DNA of 64,000 bases from Octopus bimaculoides. Lineage: Eukaryota. Under the pieces are notes generated by a model. The model was not told the DNA's origin. It saw nothing but the letters and a program-made list of their open reading frames with translations, and made no database searches. Positions 12,312 through 24,770 of this stretch are shown piece by piece. Every line of letters starts with the position of its first letter. Positions within the stretch are counted from its first letter, which is position 1. Made by a program: the position numbers and the translations under genes. The stretch is from NCBI RefSeq assembly GCF_001194135.2, contig NC_068992.1, positions 61,088,708 through 61,152,707 of the forward strand. The letters run 5' to 3'.

Positions 12312-12511
12312 TAATATTTACTGGCATACAAGTCAACTTAGTATATAGTGTAAACATTCAAATATTGTCACTATCTTTCCAAGTCTTGCTGCATTTCATA
12401 TGGAATTGTTGGTCCTCCAAATTAGCTTGGTGTATAAGTTGACTTACCATTTTTGTTTCTTTTATATATATTTTGGCTTGAAAAATTCAACTTGTCTGTT
12501 GGAAAATACAG
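12312..12511. mobile_element. pogo/Tc2-type MITE, same family as 34000-34200
   Basis: Decayed TIRs (atatttactggcatacaagtcaac ... cttgtctgttggaaaatacag) and shared internal gctgcatt...tgttggtcct.caaa...cttggtgtataagt. Confidence 0.7.
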
Positions 12512-13780
12512 TGACATTTTCTGGACCAAATGTCAATGTGGAGAAGCCCTTTCTTCTGAAGTGTAATTTTCCAAAAACAATCACTTGTCACAAATAATGG
12601 TACATTTCTCAGATTTGATAGTTATTCTTGCATTTCTCAGGTGATCCAAATGTAAACTTGGTCTTCCGGTTCTATTCCCTCTAGGTATTTGCACACAAAC
12701 ATATACATCCTGATAAATTCTTTTATTTTCATATCAACCCCAAAGGTCTTTTCTGTTGCTCTTTATTTATTTATTTTTTTATATCCTATGACGTTTGTAT
12801 TCATCTCAACAGAGGTGTTAATGGTAGTGATTTCTTTGAAGTCGTTATCTATTTGAATTTAGTGGTAAGCACCTTTGAGATTAAATTTTGTTAAAAACAA
12901 AAAGGAAAACAAACGCTGTCTCAAATTATGAGTGAAAGACAGATTCAATATTAGGAGTTGAATAAGAGTTTAAAAAATCTTGTGACTAAAACCTATCTTG
13001 TAGTTATTCAAACCACCATCTATTTTTTTATACAACTGCAAAAGCAGACACACACACTTGCCATCATCAGGTGGGTTGAGTTCTGAAATACTTTGTTCAG
13101 TCATTTTTGTAATTTCCCCAACTCATCATATTTTCATGTTCACTTTTCCATGCTTGCATGGGTTGGATGGAGTTTATTGAAGCATATATTCTGTGACTGG
13201 ATACCCTTCCTGTCACCAATCCTCACATAGCCAGACATGTTTCTGCTGGATACTGGAAATTAATGATACTATGTTTATGGCGCTGACAATCACTACAGCT
13301 ACTATGTGATGTCAAGGCAAAGAAACACACGCACACACACACACACACACACCTTGAAAAAGGAAATATTTTTAATGTATTGGATGTGGAGTTTATTTTT
13401 TGTACAATTCTTTTTCTCTGGTAATTAATTACTCCTCAATTTTTGCAATTTATAATAATTTCTCAGTTTTATTAGACATGAAAGACTGAAAAAAATTTGG
13501 GCTGACACAAATTAATTGTGGCTCATGTGGCCATGTAACCTTTTTTGTCATGCTAAACAGTGTTGTTGTTATTACTGCTATTGTTGTCACTGAATGAAGC
13601 ATTGATTTGCAACAGGTTAGCTGCAGTTGATTGATTAGTAAGAAGGTGTCCTCAAATCTCCTTGTTTGTAAACTCAGTCAAGCCTTTCCATTAACATACA
13701 ATATCCAGTTCTTTGTCCTATGCCATTGATTTTCAGCTTTTGTTGCAGCTGTTGTTATTGCTACTGCTGCTATTATTATT

Positions 13781-14790
13781 AAGGCAGTGAGCTGGCAGAA
13801 TCATTAGCATGCTGGACAAAATGCATAGCAATATTTCGTCTGTCTTTATGTGCTGAGTTCAAATTCTGCTGAGGTCAACTTTGCTTTTTATATATTCGAG
13901 GTTGATAAAATAAGCCCCAGTTGAGCACTGGGGCCGATGTAATGGACTTACTCCCTACTCTGAAATTTCGGGCTTTGTGCCTATGGTAGAAATAATTATT
14001 ATTTATTAAAGCAGTGAACTGGAAGAGTCGTTAGCATGTTGGACCAAATGTTTAACGGCATTTTATCTGGTTCTTTGTTCGGGGTTCAAGTTCAACTGAG
14101 GTCAACTTTGTCTTCCATTGTCTTGTGGTCAATAAAATAAGTACCATTTGAGGACTGAGATTGATGTAATTCATTAACCCCTCCTCCAAAATTTCAAGCC
14201 TTATGTCTATACTAGAAAGGATTCGTTTTCTTATTTCCTCCAGTGTTGAGAAAATAAGTATTAATATCAATGTAATCAACTTGCTCCCTTCACTTCAAAA
14301 TTGCTAAAATTTGCAACCATTATTATTATTATTAAGGTGGTGAGCTGGCTGAATCGTTAGCATGATGGGTGAAATGCTTAGTGGTATTTTGTCTGTCTTT
14401 ACGTTCTGAGTTCAAATTTCAGGGATGTCAACTTTGCCTTTCATCCTTTCAGGGTCGATAAACTAAGTACCAGTGAAACACTGGGGTCGATGTAATCAAC
14501 TAGTACCCTCCCCTAAATTTTCAGGCCTTGTGCTTTTAGTAAAAAGGGTTATTATTATTAATTAAGGTGGTGAGCTGACAGACTCATTAGTGTGGTGGAC
14601 AAAATGCTCAGAGGTATTTTGCCTGTCGCTATGTTCTGAGATCAAATTCTGTTGAGGTCGACTTTGCCTTCATCTTTTTGAGATTGATGAAATAAGTACC
14701 AGTTGAACATTGGGGTCAATGTAACTAACTTACCCACTTCCACAAATTTTGGGCCTCGTGCCTTTAGTAGAACAGATTATTATTATTATT
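13781..14790 (+). mobile_element. Head-to-tail array of ~4-5 tRNA-derived SINEs (~215 bp family) separated by (ATT)n tails
   Basis: Each unit reads aagg..gtgagctggcagaatc.ttagc...gttctgagttcaaatt...gaggtcaactttgcctttcatcctt..gggtcgataaa.taagtaccag...cttgtgcct.tagtagaa..gattattatt. The central block resembles the Meta-domain of metazoan SINEs (from memory, unverified). Confidence 0.8.
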
Positions 14791-15744
14791 AGCATGCTTT
14801 ATACTGAAGACAATTATCAATGCTGCTGTTTATGTTTTATAGGATTGTTTACCACTTGTTACTTTTTCTGTAATTTTCCTTTCTGTAATGCTTCATAATT
14901 CTAGCCAGTTTCTCCCACCCCTCTCTCTCTTTTTCTCTCCAATGTTGTTACCTCCACCCAACTGGTCATTATGAAAGCAAGGATATTTATGTCTGTGTGA
15001 TACACACATCTGCTCACAAGGAAAATGGATAAAAACATTTAATAGGAAGAGTGAAGTTTTAGTACATGTGTGTGTTTATGTTAAAGTGTAAAAGAAATAA
15101 AATGGAAGCATACACACACACACACACACACATTGCTTTTTATTATTCCTCTCTCTTCGATATGCTTATATGAAACCATATACGTATATATATATATACA
15201 CACACATATGTTTATAAAATTGTTTTATATATATATGTTTATAAAATTGTTATATACATATATATATATATATATATTCATATGTAACAGGCATAAATAA
15301 ATTGCATCGGAAACAAAACAATTTTAGAAAGTGTGTGAGTGCAATAAACTGAAAGTAAAAAATACTTATTGTGTTAAATTGCTTCAAAACACACACCCAT
15401 GCATGCACACATATGCACATGCATTCACATATGCTAATTGCAGCTATTTGTTCTCACTCAATGATACAGCTATTACCCTTACTGCTGCTGTTGTTACATT
15501 CAGTGTTTCACACCTTGCACACATTTGAAAGGAGCTGACAAACTAGATTAGCTTTATTGCTTCTTCTGTCAACTTGCATTAGTGGATACCATACCTAATG
15601 GACATGCCACATATCCCATTAATTATAGGAATTTCAATGAAATTGTTCCATCATTATGTCTTTCAAAACTACTAAAACATGGAGCAACTGCTCTTTATAG
15701 GAATACTGTGTCCACTGGGAATTGACACTCTCATTTATCTTTGA

Positions 15745-15963
15745 CCCTTTTGATATTAACCCATCTGTGATTGTCTCCAGTTCTATGATATAAATTTGTG
15801 TTAAAGTGGTCTCGATTAAAATCTTCCATCAAAATTGCATGTTTGTTTATATTCCAAACACCAGGTTAATGACAACAAAGTTATTTTACTAAATTCTTCA
15901 TTACTTTCAAATTTAATTGTAACAAAGTTAGTGTAGTTCAACAGAAATATGGTAACAAAAAAG
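15745..15963. mobile_element. piggyBac-type MITE, family B, followed by a partial repeat to ~16075
   Basis: cccttttgatatt ... acagaaatatggtaacaaaaaag; shared internal ttccaaaca.cag.ttaa..atgacaa...ttattttactaa.ttcttcatta. Confidence 0.6.
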
Positions 15964-16710
15964 TTAGTAATTTAAATTAAAATGTTCCATCAAAATTTTA
16001 TGTTTATTTATTATCCAAGCACCAGATTAATGACAGTTATTTCACTAAATTCTTCATTATTTTCAAAATTTATGGGACCTTTGGTGATTTACTGTGCTTG
16101 TGAAGACTTGTCAAGCCAAGTGAAATTGTAATCATGGCCAGTGCTGACGACACATAAAAGGCACCCATGTCAGTCACATGTAATAGGCACCTACTACACT
16201 CTTTGAGTGGCTGGCATTAGGAAGGGCATCCAACTGTAGAAACCATGCCAAATCAGGCTGGAACCTGGTACAGCTCTCTGGCTTGCTGGTTCCACTCAAA
16301 CCATGTAACCCATGCCAGCATGGAAAGTGGACACTAAATGATGATGATCAAACGATGTCAGCATATTTCAACAGAAATATTTTGACGAAATGGTTAAAGT
16401 GCAAGCAACACCGACAACAACTATTTAAGGTTCTGATCTATAGTCATATGCTTGAAGAAGCCATGGAGGCAGTGGCATCAATCAGTTGATTACATCAGTC
16501 AATCCTAATAGTTGACAAGTATTGTATTGACGATGAATTAATGAAATGCAAAGTTGATCTTGACAGGATTTGAAATCACAATGTAAACATCTGCAACAGG
16601 TATAGCTAACCATTGCTCTGTTGCTGTTTCAAATTTACTTATTTTGTCTCAACTTGGAAATCTTGTAATGTTCTCCCTAGTCAGATGCTCTTGTAGCATA
16701 TAAATGAAAT

Positions 16711-17535
16711 CTGCAAACTGGCAGAACTGTTAAGTACATTGGACAAAATGCTTAGTGACATTTTGTCTACCATTACCTTCTGAGTTCAGATTCCACTAAC
16801 ATTGACTTTGTCTTTCAGCTGTTCAGGGTTGCACCCCAAATTTCAGGCCTTGTGCATTTCGTAGAAAGGATTATTATTACTATTATTATTCAGGTGGCAA
16901 TCTGGTAGAATCGTTAGGGTTTGGGCAAAATGCTTAGCGATATTTTGTTTGTCTTTGTGTTCTGAGTTCAAATTCCACTGAAGTCAACTTTGCCTTTCAC
17001 CCTTTTGGGCTCGATAAATTAAGTACCAGTGAAAAACTGGGGTTGATGTAATTGACTATTTCCCTCCCACTAAATTTGAGGCCTCGTGCCCTTAGTAGAA
17101 AGGATTATTATTATTAAAGTGGTGAACTGGCAAAATCATTAGCAGCATTTCTTCCCTCTCTTTACGTTTTGAGTTCAAATTCCCCCGAGGTCAACTTTGT
17201 CTTTCATCCTTCCGGGGTTGATGAAGTAAGTACCAGTTGATCACTGACCTCAACGTAATCGACATACCCCTTCACTTAAAATTTGCTGACCTTATGCCAA
17301 AATTTGTAATCATTGTTACAATTATTGGAATGGTGGATTGACAGGATCATTTGAGTATCAGATAGAATAGCTTGCTATATTATGCTCTGAATTCAAATCC
17401 TATCAAACTCAAACTTATCATTCATCCCTCCAGGGTTAATAAAATAAAGTACCATTTAAGTACGAGAATCAGTATAATCGACTAGCCCTGTTGCCTGAAA
17501 TTTCAGGTCTTGTGCCTAAATTTGAAAGAATTTTT
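16711..17535 (+). mobile_element. Head-to-tail array of ~4-5 copies of the same SINE
   Basis: Same unit motifs, with (ATT)n linkers at ~16870 and ~17105. Confidence 0.78.
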
Positions 17536-18590
17536 CTTGATATCTTTGTGGAAAGGAGACATGTTTGTTTCAATTTGTGTGTGTATGTATATCTACAAAC
17601 AGATACATATAAATATGTATATATAAACATTGTATGTGTGTATGTGTATAATATAGTAGTGTGTGTGTATGTATATATAATATAGTAGTGTCTAGTCTGA
17701 AGGCTTATGCAACAAGTCCAAACTTGTATCTTCTATATTTGTTGCCAACTTTTCATTAGTATACTTTTAATGTATGCCATTAGTACATTATCTCAAGTGC
17801 ACCATTAGTTCATCTTTAGAACTGCTGTTTGCTTAAATTCATTTTTTCCTTCAACAAATTGATACTTTTTTTTTGTTACTTTTTATTTGAAGCTGTTGTT
17901 ACACATGCCTACACATGCATGAAAAATAGCTTTATCATCATATCATCATCATCATCATCATCACTGTCACTATCATAATCATTATTGTTGTTACTGTTGC
18001 CTGCTTACTGTACTTCTTTCTCTGGGCTGATACTGATTTGGTGCCAAATTAGAGAAGCAGCATAACTATGCATATTCCACTGTATTCTTGCACGTGTACC
18101 TTCACAAAGTCATAGTCATTGTCCATTCGTTCAACAATCTACATGAATTCTTCAGTATCTAGTTTAGTTTTGAGTTCAAAAGCCAAGCGTTGTAAAACAC
18201 TGCAACACTCTATGATCAAATCCTAGCAAACTATATATTATAAATCATGGCTGTATTGTTAAGAAGTTTGCTTTGCAACCACTAGGCTTCAGGTTCAATC
18301 TCACAGCATAGGGTCTCCTATATTAGTCTCAGTCTGACCAATGTATCGCTGTTAATATTGGTAGGTGGAAAGAATATGGAAGCTTGTCATATAAAAATAT
18401 ATACAACGCAAAATCATGGTTGTGTGATTGAGAAGTTTGCTTCTCAGCCACCTGGTTTGGGGTTCAGTCCCCCTGCTTGTTCCTTTCTTTGGCCAGACTA
18501 GATTTGACAGATAAAAACTGAAAAAAAACCGGCCCCTCCACTCTACCTCATGTGCCTGTCCACACTCTCTCCATGCTCCAACGTATCTCT

Positions 18591-18720
18591 TGTGCTGGCA
18601 CCACATAAAAAGTACCTGTGCTGGTCCCACATAGAAGCCATCTGTACTGGTCCCACATAGAAGCCATTTGTACTGGTCCCACGTAGAAGTCATCCGTGCT
18701 GGTGCCATGTAAAAAGCACC
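18591..18720 (+). repeat. 26-bp minisatellite, 5 units (tgtRctggtcccacatagaagccatc-like)
   Basis: Units start at 18591, 18617, 18643, 18669 and 18695. Confidence 0.85.
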
Positions 18721-18834
18721 CAGAACATTCTGTAAAGTGGTTGGCATTAGGAAAGGCATCCAGCTGTTGAAACCCTGCTGAAACAGACGATTGGAGCCTG
18801 ATGTAGCTCTGCACCTTGCCACATCCTGTTGAAT

Positions 18835-19078
18835 CTTTTTTATGTGGTGTTGGTATGGCTGCTCCTCTTATGTGGTGCCAGCATAGGTGTCTCTTATGTG
18901 ATGCCAGCACAGGTGCTTTTTACATGGCACCAGCACGGGTACTTTTTTTTTTTTACATGGTGTCAACATGGGCTTCTTCCATGTGGTGCCTGCACGGATG
19001 CTTTCTTTACATGACGCCAATACTGGTTCTTTTGTATGTGGCACCTTCATGGGTGCTTTTAACATGGCACCAGCATGA
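18835..19078 (-). repeat. Inverted array (~9 degenerate units) of the same 26-bp motif
   Basis: 18912-18937 is the exact reverse complement of 18695-18720. Confidence 0.8.
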
Positions 19079-19764
19079 AGATATCAGAGTGGATACACTA
19101 TACAAAGCTCTTCAGTGGTAGCTATATAACAGCACAATAGTCCCTATGGGACTCCGCATAATGTACCCTCTCCCCACTACTCTTGCCTTCCACTTATCAA
19201 TACTATGCCACCACATCTCACTTCCCCTGATTAATATTGATTCTAATCTCCAGCTGACACTCATACCTTATCAATACTAGCACTACTTCAGTCTCCCACA
19301 CCTTGTTAGGTCAATACTAAACCTACTCCTCTGCCCACCCTTTCTCCATCATGCAGCAGTCAACATTTAATTTATTCTTATTCTCTTATACCTGCCTACT
19401 CTGTATACATTTCAAACTTCCCCTACGGTCATCTCCTCACCACTTCTACCTCTCACTTTCAATGGTCAATGATGAATGTATAGCTCTCCTTCCCTCCATT
19501 ATGTCCAACATGATTCTGGTTAATAAAATCCATCTTTTACCCTGCAACCTCCTTTATCCCTAGTATTTTTTGCAGCTAATGCTGATTGAATCTACCCCTG
19601 TCCCTCTTATTCATTCTTTTTCTCTCTCTCTATTTATACAACCGTGTAAACTAATTCAACTTCATTGTTTACCATGTTACAACTTAGTCACTGTATGCCG
19701 AGTGAACACATACACGAACACACACACACACAGCACAATAAACTGATTATAATTATCATTATTT

Positions 19765-19766
<2 letters not shown>

Positions 19767-19836
<70 letters not shown>

Positions 19837-19894
19837 GTAATAGAGCACTTAATATAAGCTCAATAAAATATTCCTTTTGAATATCCTTTATAAA

Positions 19895-19961
<67 letters not shown>

Positions 19962-20032
19962 ACACCATGTGTGTATGTGTTTGTGTAACCCACTTCATAT
20001 GTGTGTGTGTGTGTGTATATATATATATGTAT
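19767..20032. repeat. Compound (TG)n / (TA)n microsatellite block, representative of dozens in the window
   Basis: Long (TG)n near 19770-19826 and (TA)n near 19899-19958. Other long runs: (CA)n 32300-32410, 37607-37657, 43646-43706; (TATC)n 40400-40482; (TG)n 31075-31152. Confidence 0.9.
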
Positions 20033-21319
20033 GGGATGTATAAAAATACAACTGATGGAAGTCATTTATTGAAATCACTTTGAGACAACCTTTTTTTACT
20101 GACAACAACAACAACAATCAGTTGATGACATTAAGCAAATAAAGAGTTTGCGACCCATTAATTTTGAAAACAATAAGCAGTTGATAACATTATCAATGAT
20201 TATAAGCAATTTTACTCTATATATACTATTTTCCTTAACAGTGACTTTGAAGTCTCTTTCCGGGTCTGTGGCTCATTCAAACCATCTGATAACGTGTTGA
20301 AATCACTGCCAAGGAAACACATACATATCTATGTTTGTCTGTCTGCACACAAATGTCTGCACACAAACACAGCAAGTTGAGATAAGCTCTGGATTAATGT
20401 TATCAGCTTGATCCTTAAAGGAAAAGATAATGGCCTTACTATGTTTCAGATATTGCCCTTTTTTGGATAATGGAAAAAGAGAGGAAGAAAGGCTAGGAGA
20501 AACTGAAAGAAGCGGAAGAAGAAGAAAAAAAAAAAGCAAGAAGTAAAATGGGGGAAGAGCAATCCTGATGAAAGAAGCTCTGTAGAGTTGGTCCACTTGT
20601 GGACCACTGACTGTACACACACAAGCACACACAGTCATTTCTAATGAAACAATAGTTAAAAGTTAATAAACAATTAAGTGATTATAGGTTTTATTTCTTA
20701 ATGATATCATTATTAAATGATATAGGTTTAATTTCATTAGCACAATTGTTAATTAAGCATTTTATTCTTAACTACAGATGAATTAACTGATTGAAACTAA
20801 CTATACCTCTATTGGTACATGTGTGTGCATGTACCTATGTGCCTGTGTGTATGTCTGTACATATGGATGTGTGTGTGGGGGGGGATAAGAATGAGTAACA
20901 GCTTTGTAGCCATTTGTTCATTAACTAATTGTTTTGTTTTGTTTGTTTGGTGAGTGTATGGGAAGTTATATATTTTCTTTACTTAACAGGAAGGAAAATT
21001 AAAAATAAAACAAGCAAAGAAAGAAACATATTTCCCATCATGCACCTGATGAGTCTTCATTGAGTCATATCTCTTCCTTTTATTTTGGTTAAGTCCTAGG
21101 CGACCCCTAACTTTCAAAATCTTTGATTGAAACATCCGTGACATCCCATCTCACTTCAGGCTGTGCATCAAGACTGTTATCCAAATTGTATTCTTCCATC
21201 CATTTTTTTTTTACTTTATTTTTATATTTTAAAAGGTGGGGTGTAGTTTCAAGGGTATTCAGCTGCTTGTTCAAGCTGGTCTGTCAGTTTCATAAAAGCT
21301 CACTTATTGGTTTGGTTTG

Positions 21320-21498
21320 CCATATTTTCCTGCATATAAGTTGACAAAGCATACAGTGTAAACATTCAAACACCACTAGCTTTCTAAAATTCTGCATTTT
21401 TAGTATTCCAAAGTCATCTTGGTGTATAAATTGACCTCTCTTTTTTTGGCTATAAATTTTGGTCTGAAAAATTCAAACTTGTATCTCAGAAAATACAG
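21320..21498. mobile_element. pogo/Tc2-type MITE, same family
   Basis: ccatattttcctgcatataagttgac ... acttgtatctcagaaaatacag-TA; shared internal segment with 12312-12511. Confidence 0.72.
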
Positions 21499-22129
21499 TA
21501 TTGTTGTTCAGCTTTTGTTTTTTCCCTACATTGTTACATTCGAGAATAATATCATTATTACTCTTTTACTAGTGTTATTGGGCTCTGATCATGCTGAAGC
21601 ACCACCTTGAAGGATTTTAGTCAAACAAATTGATCCCAGTAATGTCTTTTTTTTTTAAGACTAGTGCTTAATTTATTGGTCTCTTTTTTTTAAATCTTTT
21701 TTTTTTTTTACCAAACTGCTAAGTTATGGAGATGTAAACAAACCAATACCAGTTGTCAAACAATGGAAGAAGACAAACATGCATACATGCATGTGCACAC
21801 ACACACAAATGTGTGTTCATTAAGCTCTACTGTCTACACTGGCATGGTTTCTATGGTGGTATGCCTTTCCTAACATCAAACACTTTATGGAATTACTGAT
21901 TGGTTTTTATGTAGTATTGGCCCTAGTGAGGTCAATAATTAACTTGCAAGGCAAAACCCTCTGAACTGAGAGGAGGGAGTAGTATTGAAAGAAGTGGCTT
22001 TGTGCCAGATGATGAGGGGAATGGTAGAGGGACAGAAATAGGTGTCTTGCTGTGGAGGAGATACATGGGTAAAATTGATGTTTCATTAACTTTCAGTGCT
22101 CCATTTACCAGTTTCATCCTCAAGAACTT

Positions 22130-22770
22130 GGTTAGCCTAATGGTTATTACCAAGTTTTCCTAAATAAGCTAAGGATTATTAAGATCTTGCAGACAGAAGG
22201 AAAATTCTTAACCTGGCTTAGTAAACCAGCCAAAGATTATTAGCAAATAAGCTGATTATTATTTACAAGATTTAGCAAACAGGAGGAAGAATATCAGGAA
22301 GGCTTTGTAAATAAGCGAAAGGTCATTAGTTGGAGCACATTGGCAAGACTTGGGAAATGATCTGAGGCTTAGCAAAGAAACGGACCATTAGCAAGGCTTA
22401 GCAAACAAGAGGCAGGTCATTAGCAAGGCTTAGCAAACAAGGGGCAGATTATTAGCAAGGCTTAGCAAACCAGAGGAAGGTTATTGGCAAAGTTTAGCAA
22501 ACCAATTGACAGTTATTAAGGTTTAGCAAATAAGAGGAAGGTTATTTGCAAGGTTTACCAAACAATAGGAAAATTAAGAAGGCTGAGCAAACAAGATTAA
22601 GAAAGCTTTGCAGACAAGATTGTTAGCAAGGGTTAACAAATGAGTAGTTTATTAGCAAGGGTTAATAAATAAGCTAAAGATTAAAGATGGTTTAGCAAAT
22701 AAGCTGAAGATTATAAGAAAACTTAGGAAACAAAGTGGAAGCAAGCAAGCTGAAGATTATTCAAATTCTA
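22130..22770. repeat. Degenerate 32-bp minisatellite (attagcaaggcttagcaaacaagaggcaggtc)
   Basis: Clean units at 22387, 22419, 22451 and 22483, decaying towards both flanks. Confidence 0.8.
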
Positions 22771-23459
22771 AGAAAGCCAACTAATATTAAGGAGCCATAT
22801 ATTTGAAATTTCTAAATAAAAAGGAAGATAATTAATTTACGAAAAAGAAAAAAAAAATGAAAGAAAGAAACTAATGATGTCTGTAAAGTTTGGTGAATAT
22901 CTTAGATTTTGTTTGCTTTTTGAAAGCTTTATTGATAGTGGTAGCACTATCTGAAAGTTGTCAGACAGTTTGAAAGAAACAAATAACTATTGAGAATTCT
23001 TTGGAATTAGGAAACGGTTTAGAGAGATAAAAACTGTATCAGAACTGTTTTATCTAAAAAAAATTTTCTCTTATCTGTTTGGTGGGTGAGGATTAAAAGA
23101 ATTTTTGAAGAAGATCAGAATAGAATTATTTTTCTTTTTAGTGACCAGATTTTCTTAGTCATATGCTATCTAAATAAAACTTGAAATTAAAACTCTATAT
23201 CTATGTTTGTTGTTCCTTCACCTAGCTCTGTCTTTTGTTTTTCATNNNNNNNNNNNNNNNNNNNNNNNNNNNNNNNNNNNNNNNNNNNNNNNNNNNNNNN
23301 NNNNNNNNNNNNNNNNNNNNNNNNNNNNNNNNNNNNNNNNNNNNNNNNNNNNNNNNNNNNNNNNNNNNNNNNNNNNNNNNNNNNNNNNNNNNNNNNNNNN
23401 NNNNNNNNNNNNNNNNNNNNNNNNNNNNNNNNNNNNNNNNNNNNNNNNNNNNNNNNNNN

Positions 23460-23645
23460 ATATATATATATATATATATAATGTGTTTATGTATAGATAC
23501 TTCTTTCAGTTTCCGTCTATCAGATCCACCCACAAGGCTTTGGTTGGCCCGAGGCTATAGCAGAAGGCACTTACCCAAGGTGCCATGCAGTGGGAATAAA
23601 CCCAGAACCATGTGGTTGAGAAGCAAGTTCCTTACCACAGCAATA
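23460..23645 (-). mobile_element. CORE-type SINE head half, next to a gap
   Basis: ttctttcagtttccgtcta...cacttacccaaggtgccatgcagtggga...cttaccacagc. Confidence 0.72.
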
Positions 23646-24433
23646 CATATACCATTTTCAGCAAACATTCTAATAATTTATGTGTTTGGTGGGTTTTACT
23701 CCAACAAAATCTAATGGTGAGACTACAGGAGTCACATAGTATTTACATATTTAGGCCAGTTAATGTTTATTCTGTTTTATATAAATATTCAAATATAAGG
23801 GAGGATATTTTTGTTAAAACTAACAATCAATTTTTTTTGGAGGAGCAGGGTGCTAAACAGTTCAGGTTATCTAAAAGTTATTTCTACTCAGTTTCATTGA
23901 CCAATCACCTCACTGTTTCCTCTCTTTGTATTATTGGCAACTTATCTGCATTGCACCATTGCTGATCTGTCCTGTCCTGTAGTATGGTGTGGTAGAGTCA
24001 TGTGTAGTGGAGATTGTTTGTAAACCAGCCTCATCTAGACTGCTTTCATATTTTCTGTTAATGGTCTCTTTTTGCTGCTGCTTGCTTGTTTCCTTCCTTC
24101 CTTCCTTCCTTCCTGCTGTCCTTCATTTCTTGCTTTTTTTCATTGCATGCATTTTTTTTTGAGGGGTGGGTGGGTTCTTTTATGAATTATTTTATTTCAT
24201 TTTCTTGTTTTTTTTCCGATAAACTGATTGTTCTTTGTTGTAGACACTGAAACCGAACACAGCAAATAAAAAGATTAATCTTTTAATCTTTGAATTAGCT
24301 AAACTTGTGCATTTGTACAAGTAAGAGAGAGAGAAAGAGAGAGAGAGAGATAGAGACAAGGAGACGAGAAAAATCGAAAAGTTCAATGCAATTTAAATTT
24401 TTATTGATGTTTTTATTTTTCATTATAAAAGTG

Positions 24434-24467
<34 letters not shown>

Positions 24468-24732
24468 NNNNNNNNNNNNNNNNNNNNNNNNNNNNNNNNN
24501 NNNNNNNNNNNNNNNNNNNNNNNNNNNNNNNNNNNNNNNNNNNNNNNNNNNNNNNNNNNNNNNNNNNNNNNNNNNNNNNNNNNNNNNNNNNNNNNNNNNN
24601 NNNNNNNNNNNNNNNNNNNNNNNNNNNNNNNNNNNNNNNNNNNNNNNNNNNNNNNNNNNNNNNNNNNNNNNNNNNNNNNNNNNNNNNNNNNNNNNNNNNN
24701 NNNNNNTGTTTTTATTTTTCATTATAAAAGTG

Positions 24733-24770
<38 letters not shown>

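Noticed and set aside
12641-12684. ag|GTGATCC...CTCTAG|gt micro-exon candidate encoding DPNVNLVFRFYSL*
   Set aside because: Superficially like FERM FRVKFY, but it lies upstream of the earlier exons, ends in a stop and has a weak donor.
18352-19121. Cluster of overlapping 60-156 aa ORFs on both strands
   Set aside because: Explained by the relatively GC-rich 26-bp repeat arrays and RTE-derived repeat; not CRISPR-like, since there are no unique spacers.
21045-21140. ctgatgag ... gaaacatc as another hammerhead
   Set aside because: No convincing stem I or stem II pairing, and the spacing is too long.
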